From positions 1-64,000 of the IMG/VR virus record IMGVR_UViG_2731639221_000001: a DNA stretch of 64,000 bases, one strand, 5' to 3'. The stretch comes from an uncultured virus (IMG/VR IMGVR_UViG_2731639221_000001) (Duplodnaviria > Heunggongvirae > Uroviricota > Caudoviricetes). This document shows positions 19,208 through 27,274 of this stretch, piece after piece (position 1 is the first letter of the stretch; the number at the start of each line of letters is the position of its first letter). The position numbers and the translations under genes are program-made. The notes under the pieces are model-generated. The model did not search any database. It saw only the letters and a program-made list of their open reading frames with translations, and had not been told where the DNA came from.

Positions 19208-19680
19208 TCAGTCACACCTCTATGTTCTTTCCAAAATGCTATTTTTTTATCACAATATTCTGGTTCATACAAGGATGGATTCTCATTCTTATCAAAGAAA
19301 ACTACAGATGCTAGCTTATATAGAAGCGAGACATCAAAGGATATGTTCAATCGCTCTTTGATCTGCTCATTTAGTTGATTTATTTTAAAAATATCAACTT
19401 GATTAGAATGTAGGAGCTCATGCATTACCTCTACATGCTTTTCAAGATATTCTCTACTGCAATTCATCCTTGTTTCTTCGTATATAGCCAAAGCCATAAG
19501 CCCACGCTCATAAGGAATATTAAACACATCATCAAATTGATAATAGTCAACACCTCCAACAGAGAATGCAATATTGATAATATGGTGTGTATGTGGAAAC
19601 ACTCTCTTCGGATCCTTCCTGTTATGCTTCCAAGTTCTTATTTTCTGTGGTATCTTTCTGAATAAGTTCATATCTTTCAA
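19066..19680 (-). CDS. Tail assembly chaperone (gpG-like)
   Basis: 204 aa upstream of tape measure, contains slippery T TTT TTT. Confidence 0.65.
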   Translation of the reverse strand: MKDMNLFRKIPQKIRTWKHNRKDPKRVFPHTHHIINIAFSVGGVDYYQFDDVFNIPYERGLMALAIYEETRMNCSREYLEKHVEVMHELLHSNQVDIFKINQLNEQIKERLNISFDVSLLYKLASVVFFDKNENPSLYEPEYCDKKIAFWKEHRGVTDFFLQKPLLELIPFLQNVDFDLETYSDLIDKLDKIHLERLRLSKSKN

Positions 19681-19873
19681 GTGCTTGTTTTAATTGTTCT
19701 GGTTTGTCTGTTATTAGAACCTCATTCCCTTTTTTAATAGAGAATCGATTATTCCGAACTATTACATTATAGTCGAAATGATCGGAATGTTTGTAAAATC
19801 TAGGAGAGCCATTGCAACTACATCCGGTTTTATAATGCTCCCATCCATTAACGAGTAGTAATTCTTTCATCAT
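19622..19873 (-). CDS. Hypothetical protein
   Basis: 83-aa ORF in operon. Confidence 0.5.
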   Translation of the reverse strand: MMKELLLVNGWEHYKTGCSCNGSPRFYKHSDHFDYNVIVRNNRFSIKKGNEVLITDKPEQLKQALERYELIQKDTTENKNLEA

Positions 19874-20223
19874 TCATCGGGTAAGAGATTAGATATTATT
19901 GCTGTGATAATTGTATTGATGCCACAAACAACGAGGATCATTAATCCAAGATTGAAGTTCCAAAAGAACCAAAACATAATAGTCCAGAAGCTACTCATGC
20001 AAATAATGCATCTGTAAATAGGCGTTAACAGATATAATGTAAGATTCCATGATTTACCTTCTGACATATAAAAAAACTTTCGAAAGAATGCTCTTAGAGA
20101 TTTATCTAGTGTCTTAGAAGTTGAATGAAGAATCATTCCTTTCCATGTCGTAACATGAATAGCAACACAGCATAGACTAATCACCAGAGCTTGAAGCAGC
20201 GTCTGTATCAGATATAGAATCAT
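19870..20223 (-). CDS. Small multi-pass membrane protein (holin candidate)
   Basis: 2-3 hydrophobic helices, CIICMSSFW motif. Confidence 0.45.
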   Translation of the reverse strand: MILYLIQTLLQALVISLCCVAIHVTTWKGMILHSTSKTLDKSLRAFFRKFFYMSEGKSWNLTLYLLTPIYRCIICMSSFWTIMFWFFWNFNLGLMILVVCGINTIITAIISNLLPDE

Positions 20224-20395
20224 CTTTTACCTCCTTTTCTTTATATTTGTAACATCCGAAACTTGAAGTTGTCTGAAGATATCGACCACTAATAAAAACA
20301 TCAGTGCCAACTCTTATTTCAGAACAGAGATTTCTGTCAGGATCCTTTCCTATCCAGAATATGCAACTACTACATTGCTTTATTTTCTTTGCCAT
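20177..20395 (-). CDS. Hypothetical Cys-containing protein
   Basis: 72 aa, CSSC...C...C. Confidence 0.45.
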   Translation of the reverse strand: MAKKIKQCSSCIFWIGKDPDRNLCSEIRVGTDVFISGRYLQTTSSFGCYKYKEKEVKDDSISDTDAASSSGD

Positions 20396-20466
20396 AAGTG
20401 AATATTAATTGATTTACATACAAATATACTAATCCGTTTGATTTATATATGTTCATACTGATTATT

Positions 20467-21741
20467 TTATGCTGCGAAATATTTTAGGTAATCTTTAAAG
20501 AATCTATGCAGATAGTACCTAAATGTGTCTAAACAGTCGGCTCTTTGAGATAAGTCCTTTCTATCATCCTTTATTGGCTTACCTTCATTATCAGATTTAA
20601 CATTCATGAGGTCAAATATCAGAGGCTTGCACTTTTGTTCATCAAATACAATATTGTATTGCTCCAACATGGCATTAACAAGTTGTCTGCTTTCTGCCAA
20701 AGGAGGATTTGCTCCGGAATATTGCATCTGATTTCTTGATAATTCAAGAGATAGCTTAATAACATCAAAGTTATTTAGCTGTGACATAGTTGTTTTTGCT
20801 TTGCCAGATATATCTCCTGTGACAATAAAAAAGCAATCAGCATACCTTTCTATTATCTCATCGCAAAGCCTATATATTGTCGAATCATCGATATCAATAA
20901 CCTCAAGGCAATATACAGTATCGTTATAGTGCTGATAAACGGTGCAAACAATTGGATTTCGGTTAAAGTCAAAGGATAGGTAGACAGTTTCTTCTCTATT
21001 AAGTGTACAAGATCCAATATGCTTTTCAGGCCTGAATGAGAACGTCCATTTATCAGTAATATCCAAATAATCCCAATTGCCTTTGAGGAGCCTCTCTTTA
21101 CTTACTTCATCAAGCATTTCAAGATTCTCAATATAGTGTTTAGATATAAATGGATTATCGGTTACCAAGGCTTGAACAAAAGCTCTGTAAGGTTCTAGTC
21201 TGCTTTCCTTAGATGGAAGGTAAAATTCTTCATAAACCCAATTCCTAGCGGGATTACATGATCCCATTATTTTAGGGGTTAACCCGTATTCATCGAGCTT
21301 GTAACGAATCCGGGATTTTAGAATACTCCAGCATTTTTTTGTAATCTGATTACACTCGTCAACGAAAGCTCCGGTTATTTCAAGAGAACCTAATTCATCA
21401 TAATTTGGATCAGATGGATAATAAGCAAGATCTTTGAGAAGTATTTCAGAGCCGTTCGGAAAGAATATTCCTTTGTTCTCTACATAACGATAAGCTATAC
21501 CTAGCTTTGTTGTTAAGTCGAAAAAAGACTTAAGAGTGGTCTCCTTAAGGGTTTTTAAAGATTTTCGCCCCATCACCCATCTTGTGCCTGGATAAGTTAA
21601 ACTTTGTCCTGTGAGCCAAAGCACACCGAGCATTGATTTACCTCCACCAGCAGCTCCTCCATACAACAATTCAGATATATGGGAGAACTGAGGTTCTGTA
21701 AGATAATCATATGCTCTAGTCTGCTTTATTGTCAGTTTCAT
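20467..21741 (-). CDS. terL: Terminase large subunit
   Basis: Walker A YGGAAGGGKS, Walker B AFVDE, motif III SCNP, nuclease SFDFN. Confidence 0.93.
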   Translation of the reverse strand: MKLTIKQTRAYDYLTEPQFSHISELLYGGAAGGGKSMLGVLWLTGQSLTYPGTRWVMGRKSLKTLKETTLKSFFDLTTKLGIAYRYVENKGIFFPNGSEILLKDLAYYPSDPNYDELGSLEITGAFVDECNQITKKCWSILKSRIRYKLDEYGLTPKIMGSCNPARNWVYEEFYLPSKESRLEPYRAFVQALVTDNPFISKHYIENLEMLDEVSKERLLKGNWDYLDITDKWTFSFRPEKHIGSCTLNREETVYLSFDFNRNPIVCTVYQHYNDTVYCLEVIDIDDSTIYRLCDEIIERYADCFFIVTGDISGKAKTTMSQLNNFDVIKLSLELSRNQMQYSGANPPLAESRQLVNAMLEQYNIVFDEQKCKPLIFDLMNVKSDNEGKPIKDDRKDLSQRADCLDTFRYYLHRFFKDYLKYFAA

Positions 21742-22267
21742 AAGTCTTTTGGATTATGATTTGCTGATTCTTATGCTCAACTGTCGAATCTATTTTTTGA
21801 GACGGCCTATGTCCGAGAATGTCTGTTAAACTGTCAAGACTTTTCTGCTTGTCATATAGTTTCACTTTTACATACTCCTCTTCAACCGGTTCATCACCCA
21901 TAGTCCTATGGACCGTCTTTGTTGCCACTTCTTGAATACATGCTTTTTGATCATCGGTTAGTTTTTTAAAGTCTTTCAGTTTTATCCAACCATCTCTGAG
22001 TTGACCAACATTAGAGAAAGCAATCTTTGCATGTTCACGAACAATCATCAATGCAGATATCCCAGCTGTTTCTGCAAGGTTAGCTTGCATTTGCTTAACT
22101 CTGGTTTGAACGTCAACATTCGTCAACAATCTCGATCCTATCTGTTTAGCCGTCTTTTTAGAATATCCGGAACGAATAGCAGCTTGAGTTGCATTGAAAT
22201 CAATACAATACTCATAACAGAATCTTTCCTGCTTATCGTTTAATGCTATTTTGTTTTCTTCATTCAT
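21716..22267 (-). CDS. terS: Terminase small subunit
   Basis: KQERFCYEYCIDFNATQAAIRSGYS signature. Confidence 0.93.
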   Translation of the reverse strand: MNEENKIALNDKQERFCYEYCIDFNATQAAIRSGYSKKTAKQIGSRLLTNVDVQTRVKQMQANLAETAGISALMIVREHAKIAFSNVGQLRDGWIKLKDFKKLTDDQKACIQEVATKTVHRTMGDEPVEEEYVKVKLYDKQKSLDSLTDILGHRPSQKIDSTVEHKNQQIIIQKTYETDNKAD

Positions 22268-22274
22268 CTACATA

Positions 22275-22293
22275 CAAAAATAATCATTATGAT
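22275..22293 (-). promoter_or_regulatory. Putative late promoter C
   Basis: Minus strand ATCATAATGAT-TATTTTTG 7 nt above the terS ATG. Confidence 0.6.
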
Positions 22294-22370
22294 TATAATA
22301 TCATCATTTAGATTATACATTTAAAAGAAAGTGCTGAACTATATCCAACACTTTCACTAATAAATCACTA

Positions 22371-22685
22371 TTATATCTCAATCCAACTGATAATTATATG
22401 CAATTCTTTTGCATTAAACCAAATATTAGGAAAGTTATCCCATGATTTAATATTCAATTTTACATCAATATCCAGATGTTTCATTTTAAATAATCTTATT
22501 GCAGCATAATATTGACTTATCATGTGATGAGAGAAACTTGATACAGTCCATTCTGGTTCGTAATCTCCTTTCTCTGCACATCTCTTTACTTGCTTTCGGA
22601 TAGCTTTGTACTTCGACAATACATCTTTTCTCCACTTGCTTCTATTATACTCTTTTGCTTTTGTATTTAATTGTAGGATGTTCAT
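22371..22685 (-). CDS. Hypothetical protein
   Basis: 104-aa ORF. Confidence 0.5.
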   Translation of the reverse strand: MNILQLNTKAKEYNRSKWRKDVLSKYKAIRKQVKRCAEKGDYEPEWTVSSFSHHMISQYYAAIRLFKMKHLDIDVKLNIKSWDNFPNIWFNAKELHIIISWIEI

Positions 22686-22851
22686 GGTATTTTTTATTTA
22701 ATCGGCGAAATAGATTGTGAATTTTACATTACGCCTCTTTATTTCGCCGAATTATATCATTTTATTACATTTGTTTGTATCCATACGGTGAGAGACCCTC
22801 ACTTTGTCTTAAAAATCGGTTGTTTTATCGACAAAATGAAAGCAATAATTC

Positions 22852-23241
22852 CTATTGAGTTTTCTCCATTGTTTTGACTTTTGTTTTTAACTTTTGTATT
22901 AACTCATCTAATTCGAAGTCTGTCCAGTGTTTTATGACATTCTTTTTCTTATCCAGATACTCAACATGAGCAATACCGAATTTCTCAGTTAATGCTTCAC
23001 GGTATTTAGCTTCATTTCCATCTTTATACTCATTACATTCTTTGCATTGAGGAAAACAATTCATAATACTAAATCGCAAAGTCATATTTCCACGTGGTAT
23101 AAAATGACCGTTCTGCATTTCGCTGATTCTGTAAGCCTTTCCACATGTAAAACAACTTACATATCCATCCTTGGAATAAAACAACCTTATGAACCGGGAG
23201 AGTATATTATCTGCTTCTTTTACTTTATTGGGTGATGGCAT
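22852..23241 (-). CDS. ninG: NinG/Rap-family endonuclease
   Basis: SRFIRL, CFTCG, GHFIPRG, LRFSIMNCFPQCKECN. Confidence 0.85.
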   Translation of the reverse strand: MPSPNKVKEADNILSRFIRLFYSKDGYVSCFTCGKAYRISEMQNGHFIPRGNMTLRFSIMNCFPQCKECNEYKDGNEAKYREALTEKFGIAHVEYLDKKKNVIKHWTDFELDELIQKLKTKVKTMEKTQ

Positions 23242-23254
23242 CTTTTCTTTCTTT

Positions 23255-23581
23255 TTAATCGGTGAAATTCATTGTTGATTTTTCAGCTTTATTTTCTTCA
23301 AAAACAATTTCCATTCCTAAACCCCGGGCTATATCTAACTCCATACACGCCCCCATGGATTTATGCCATCCTTGAAGTAGATAGATGGCTTCACAATCAA
23401 GCAAAAGCTTTAAATCTGCTCTCATGTGTTCGTTCCAGGTAGATTCTTTTGGCAATCCGTTATTGAGAGGATTGATAGTTTCCCATTCGTTCAATCTCAA
23501 TACTCTTTCAGCTTCATTGAAAGCCTTTTGAACTTCTTCAAATGGAAGACCTGATATAGGCCCTGATATGTATATTCTCAT
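23255..23581 (-). CDS. DUF4406 (nucleoside deoxyribosyltransferase-like) protein
   Basis: IYISGPISG, INP, CEAIYLLQGWHKSMGACME. Confidence 0.85.
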   Translation of the reverse strand: MRIYISGPISGLPFEEVQKAFNEAERVLRLNEWETINPLNNGLPKESTWNEHMRADLKLLLDCEAIYLLQGWHKSMGACMELDIARGLGMEIVFEENKAEKSTMNFTD

Positions 23582-23586
23582 ATTAT

Positions 23587-23844
23587 TTAGTTTATTTGAT
23601 ATTCTTTGGGCAATCTATAATCTTCTTTTAACCAACCTTTAGCATATAAGAAGCCTACAATTAGATAATTTGTGTCTGAGTCATGTTTTACATTTCTAAA
23701 CTCTTCAATAGTATCACCACGTCTGTTTATTATTCTTATTTCGGATGAAGACAGTATAAAACATATACCTTTGTCATTAGCGTATACGCAGCTATCCATC
23801 TTTGAAAAGCCGTCATCTTTAAGTATGTTAATTACTTTTCTCAT
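23587..23844 (-). CDS. Hypothetical protein
   Basis: 85-aa ORF. Confidence 0.5.
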   Translation of the reverse strand: MRKVINILKDDGFSKMDSCVYANDKGICFILSSSEIRIINRRGDTIEEFRNVKHDSDTNYLIVGFLYAKGWLKEDYRLPKEYQIN

Positions 23845-23993
23845 TTTGAGATATTTATAATTGTTAATTCATGACACAAGCAGTATGGGCAATAATAACC
23901 TGCAACAGTTATAAGCATTTCCCCTGCATCTGCATCTTTTATCCTGGTGTATTCCATATATTCATTACAGATAGGACATTCTTTTTCGTTCAT
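23841..23993 (-). CDS. Small zinc-ribbon protein (not in ORF track)
   Basis: Hand translation, 50 aa: MNEKECPIC...YYCPYC; ATGA overlap with next gene. Confidence 0.6.
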   Translation of the reverse strand: MNEKECPICNEYMEYTRIKDADAGEMLITVAGYYCPYCLCHELTIINISK

Positions 23994-24010
23994 AATATTT
24001 AGTTTTGTTT

Positions 24011-24880
24011 TTAATAACTAATTGCAAATGGTTCACATGATTCTTCACAGCCATATGTTAGATCTAAATCATCCCATAAATCTTCTTGCTTAAATTTTAC
24101 TGTATCTCTCGAATCGTCTTTTGCTTTTTTAAATGGGGTTTTGGATTGCTTCAATAGCTCCATTATTGAGCGATTTTTGCGATAGAAATAGTATTGACCT
24201 TTGCCGTACTTTTGCTGCATTTCATCCCACCAATTAGCACTATCAGGATGTTCTAGTAGAATGGTTAATATTTTACGATCCGACTTTTTATGACACAAAT
24301 CACAATTACCCTCATACCCTTTTAGTTCTAATCTAAAGTTCTGCATTAACCAGAATATATTTACATCTATCTTATCGGATGGTTTCATGTTTAGAGCAAT
24401 GAAAGGATAAACAAACTTTCTCTTTTTATAATTTCTATCTATTCTATCAATCTCATCTTTCCGAATGCCTATTGCTGTGTAGTAACCTTTCCACTTTATA
24501 GATTTTATGTATTTATGGATAGGAACTGTTTTTAGTTCTCTTGTGCAATGAGGAAATGAGCTGTTAGGTATACCATATTTAGCAATGACAGCTTCAAACG
24601 GCTCTCCTTGTCGGGATGCTGTTTCGAAGGTTACAATTTTGAATGTTGTTCCATGTCCATAGCCTTTTTTAGGATCCACAACAGCTTCTACCCAGACAGT
24701 ATTAAAATTCCATAGACTGTCGCACTCGTTTACAAATTGAAGTGTCTCTTCTCTCTCTTTGCCGGTATTGGCAAATACAACTACTATGTCGTATTTCTCT
24801 GAGAGATTGTCAATACACCATTTAGTCATATATGCTGATGTTTGACCGCCCGAAAAACTGACGAGTAGTTTTTGTTTCAT
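24011..24880 (-). CDS. PAPS-reductase/adenine nucleotide alpha hydrolase family protein
   Basis: PP-loop VSFSGGQTS, FANTGKE, CTRELK, GIRKDE, GNCDLC. Confidence 0.8.
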   Translation of the reverse strand: MKQKLLVSFSGGQTSAYMTKWCIDNLSEKYDIVVVFANTGKEREETLQFVNECDSLWNFNTVWVEAVVDPKKGYGHGTTFKIVTFETASRQGEPFEAVIAKYGIPNSSFPHCTRELKTVPIHKYIKSIKWKGYYTAIGIRKDEIDRIDRNYKKRKFVYPFIALNMKPSDKIDVNIFWLMQNFRLELKGYEGNCDLCHKKSDRKILTILLEHPDSANWWDEMQQKYGKGQYYFYRKNRSIMELLKQSKTPFKKAKDDSRDTVKFKQEDLWDDLDLTYGCEESCEPFAISY

Positions 24881-24891
24881 CTTATTTTCTT

Positions 24892-25494
24892 TTAATAAGC
24901 CTTCCCATGTTTATAGGGTCGGCTTTGGTTGTACTTCAATTTTAATTCAACATGAGACCATAGGTCGATAGAGAGAGTGTCGCATAGATATTCTATTGAG
25001 AGTATAGTTAGTTCTACTATTTCATCTGGCGAAAAGTCCATGTCATAATTGCCACTTATGAGCTTTACAACTGCGAATACATGTTCTATAAAGCTTTCAA
25101 ACTTCTCATCAATCGGAGAACAATGCACAAACTCGACAATAGTTGCATCTTCTGTACATAGCTTATAGCCTCTCAACCCTGCTAAATCTAACAACCTTAT
25201 AACTGCATCGGCTAATTCATCTTCGATGGAGTCTTTAATAGCCCATTCAAAAGCGTAGTTAAAACAATCAGGAATAATATTAGATAATTCATTATGCCAT
25301 ACTAATTTTCTATTTTCATATTCTACAAAATTGGCTCTCTTACCTTTTCTATCCGATTCTACTGCTTCGGATAGTTCAGTTATCACTAGCATCAGATAAG
25401 CTTCATTGCTTTGCTCTTTATCGTGGAAGCCTTTTTCTTTATTGGCTTGATACACCTCTTTAGAGAGGGTGTTTAAATCGGGTCTTGGTTTCAT
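24892..25494 (-). CDS. MazG-like nucleotide pyrophosphohydrolase
   Basis: LVITELSEAVE, EDELADAVIRLLDL, KLKYNQSRPYKHGK. Confidence 0.8.
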   Translation of the reverse strand: MKPRPDLNTLSKEVYQANKEKGFHDKEQSNEAYLMLVITELSEAVESDRKGKRANFVEYENRKLVWHNELSNIIPDCFNYAFEWAIKDSIEDELADAVIRLLDLAGLRGYKLCTEDATIVEFVHCSPIDEKFESFIEHVFAVVKLISGNYDMDFSPDEIVELTILSIEYLCDTLSIDLWSHVELKLKYNQSRPYKHGKAY

Positions 25495-25775
25495 AAATAT
25501 GTAGTTAAATCAGATAATTTAATTTTCTCGTCTTTTTTTAATTCAGATATACGGTCTATCATTTCATTGACAGATACACCTCGATCTCCAATCATAAAGG
25601 CAAAGCCATCACCCGAAAAACAATCAACGCAAATATCGCCCTGCTCTATTTCCATATCGTTATAAACATGAGGTTTTATTAATAAAAACAGATCATCTTT
25701 TATGGATTGGAATTGATTGTATATCACAGATGCTTCTTGCTGACTTTTCTGTATCTTTTTAGCATCTAGTTTCAT
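25491..25775 (-). CDS. Hypothetical protein
   Basis: 94-aa ORF. Confidence 0.5.
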   Translation of the reverse strand: MKLDAKKIQKSQQEASVIYNQFQSIKDDLFLLIKPHVYNDMEIEQGDICVDCFSGDGFAFMIGDRGVSVNEMIDRISELKKDEKIKLSDLTTYL

Positions 25776-25881
25776 ATTCCTAGTGCTTTAAAATGTTTCT
25801 TTTCCATATTGTTCTTTCTTTTGAATCGGCGAAACATATTGTGTGTTTACCTCTTCTTGATGTTTAATTGGTTTTATTTTA

Positions 25882-26514
25882 CTATTTGCGAAAACTTTTC
25901 CCGTTCATATTGATAATATTGAACATTTCCTTCACCCGATCTGAGATATAAGGCCCATAAAGATCTAAATCTCCAATGCTGTCAGGATCTAAGTTTGTGG
26001 TTACATGTGTTCTTGCAAGTCTATAATTCTCATATCTGGTTTGAAATATATATTGCATCACATTCATTTCAGTACCGTAACTTTTTACAGGAATAGGCTC
26101 TCTTCCAAGTTCATCAAATCCGATCTCAATTTTATTTAGATATGGATCTAAACCTTGAGAACCTTCTTTTGCCGATTTACCATAATCATTTGCAACTTTT
26201 GTACAGTTGTATATTTTAAAACCTCCTGAGTATGGTTCGTTATGATAACTTTTTATCATTGGCATTGGATATTGACGTTTCATATAGGTTGAAACAATGT
26301 TAAGTAGAGTTGACTTTCCAGTTCCAATTGACCCCCATAACCAAAGACCTTTCATTGAATTGTATTTTCCATCCATAAAATTGCAATACTTGAAAATATC
26401 ATTCAACAAATCACGATTTTTCTCATTTACAACATAATCAGGACAAATATCAAATACTGTTTTCTTAAAGAGTTTAACTCTCAACTCCACAGAATCGGCT
26501 TCCTTTGTCGCCAT
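25882..26514 (-). CDS. DnaC/IstB-like helicase-loader ATPase
   Basis: GSIGTGKST, FDELGRE, TTNL, DRVKEM. Confidence 0.8.
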   Translation of the reverse strand: MATKEADSVELRVKLFKKTVFDICPDYVVNEKNRDLLNDIFKYCNFMDGKYNSMKGLWLWGSIGTGKSTLLNIVSTYMKRQYPMPMIKSYHNEPYSGGFKIYNCTKVANDYGKSAKEGSQGLDPYLNKIEIGFDELGREPIPVKSYGTEMNVMQYIFQTRYENYRLARTHVTTNLDPDSIGDLDLYGPYISDRVKEMFNIINMNGKSFRK

Positions 26515-27196
26515 CGTTACCTCCTTTCTCTATTTTACCTAGTTCCGTTTCCCATCGCCTTTGATTAATCCAAGTTTGGAGATTAGGATAGTCCGGTACA
26601 AATTGATTTAAAGCTTTTTTCTGATCGCGCCAGTCGATCATGTTTTCCAGAGCTGGCAGAAGAAATGATAAAACTTCTTTATAATCCTTATGCTTCTTTT
26701 TTAAATTCTCAAATTCAGTATCAAGACCTCTTTTTGTCCCCGGATATAATTTTCTAAAATTGTCAAATTCTATCTTTATATCTTCTTCTTTAGTTTCGTT
26801 TATGTTTAGTTTATATAGTAGTCGGTTTTGTGTATCCTTTTGCGTCCGCACTTGTGTCGGGTTTGCGTCCGCACTTGTGTCCGCACTTGTGTCCGCTATT
26901 GCGTCCGTATTATGGACGCTAAAGGGTATTATATTATAAACTGCTGATAAATTACCACCTCTGGACTTCCATGTTATGCGACCTTTCTGAGCTAATACAT
27001 TACGAGCTTCACATAGTTCTGAACGTTTAAATCCTGTTTTGAATTCTAACGTGGATATAGCTACCTCAAATGATTGTGTCCAATTGGTTTTATTGTTTAT
27101 GTGCATAAGTGCATTCCATAAGGCAATTACCGATTTTGACACAGGGTTTGTTTCGAGCCAATCGTAAAAACTATTTATCTCTCTGATATAATTCAT
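26474..27196 (-). CDS. Phage replication initiator
   Basis: MNYIREINSFYDW winged-helix N-terminus; C-terminal TWINQRRWE; internal iterons. Confidence 0.75.
   Translation of the reverse strand: MNYIREINSFYDWLETNPVSKSVIALWNALMHINNKTNWTQSFEVAISTLEFKTGFKRSELCEARNVLAQKGRITWKSRGGNLSAVYNIIPFSVHNTDAIADTSADTSADANPTQVRTQKDTQNRLLYKLNINETKEEDIKIEFDNFRKLYPGTKRGLDTEFENLKKKHKDYKEVLSFLLPALENMIDWRDQKKALNQFVPDYPNLQTWINQRRWETELGKIEKGGNDGDKGSRFCGVES
26841..26919. repeat. Iterons, probable phage origin inside initiator gene
   Basis: TG(C/T)GTCCGCACT repeated with ~12-bp period, ending in GCGTCCGTATTATGGACGC. Confidence 0.7.
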
Positions 27197-27274
27197 GTTA
27201 TAAGAATAAATTACTTAATTCATCGAATTTTTTGCTAGTTAGAAAATGAAGTTTTAGTTGGAAATATTTATATT

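Noticed and set aside
19040..19378. Plus-strand 112-aa ORF
   Set aside because: Antisense to the chaperone gene and its frameshift region, with no recognisable motif
19870..20223. Complete lysis cassette
   Set aside because: Only a holin-like membrane protein is present; no endolysin recognised in the window
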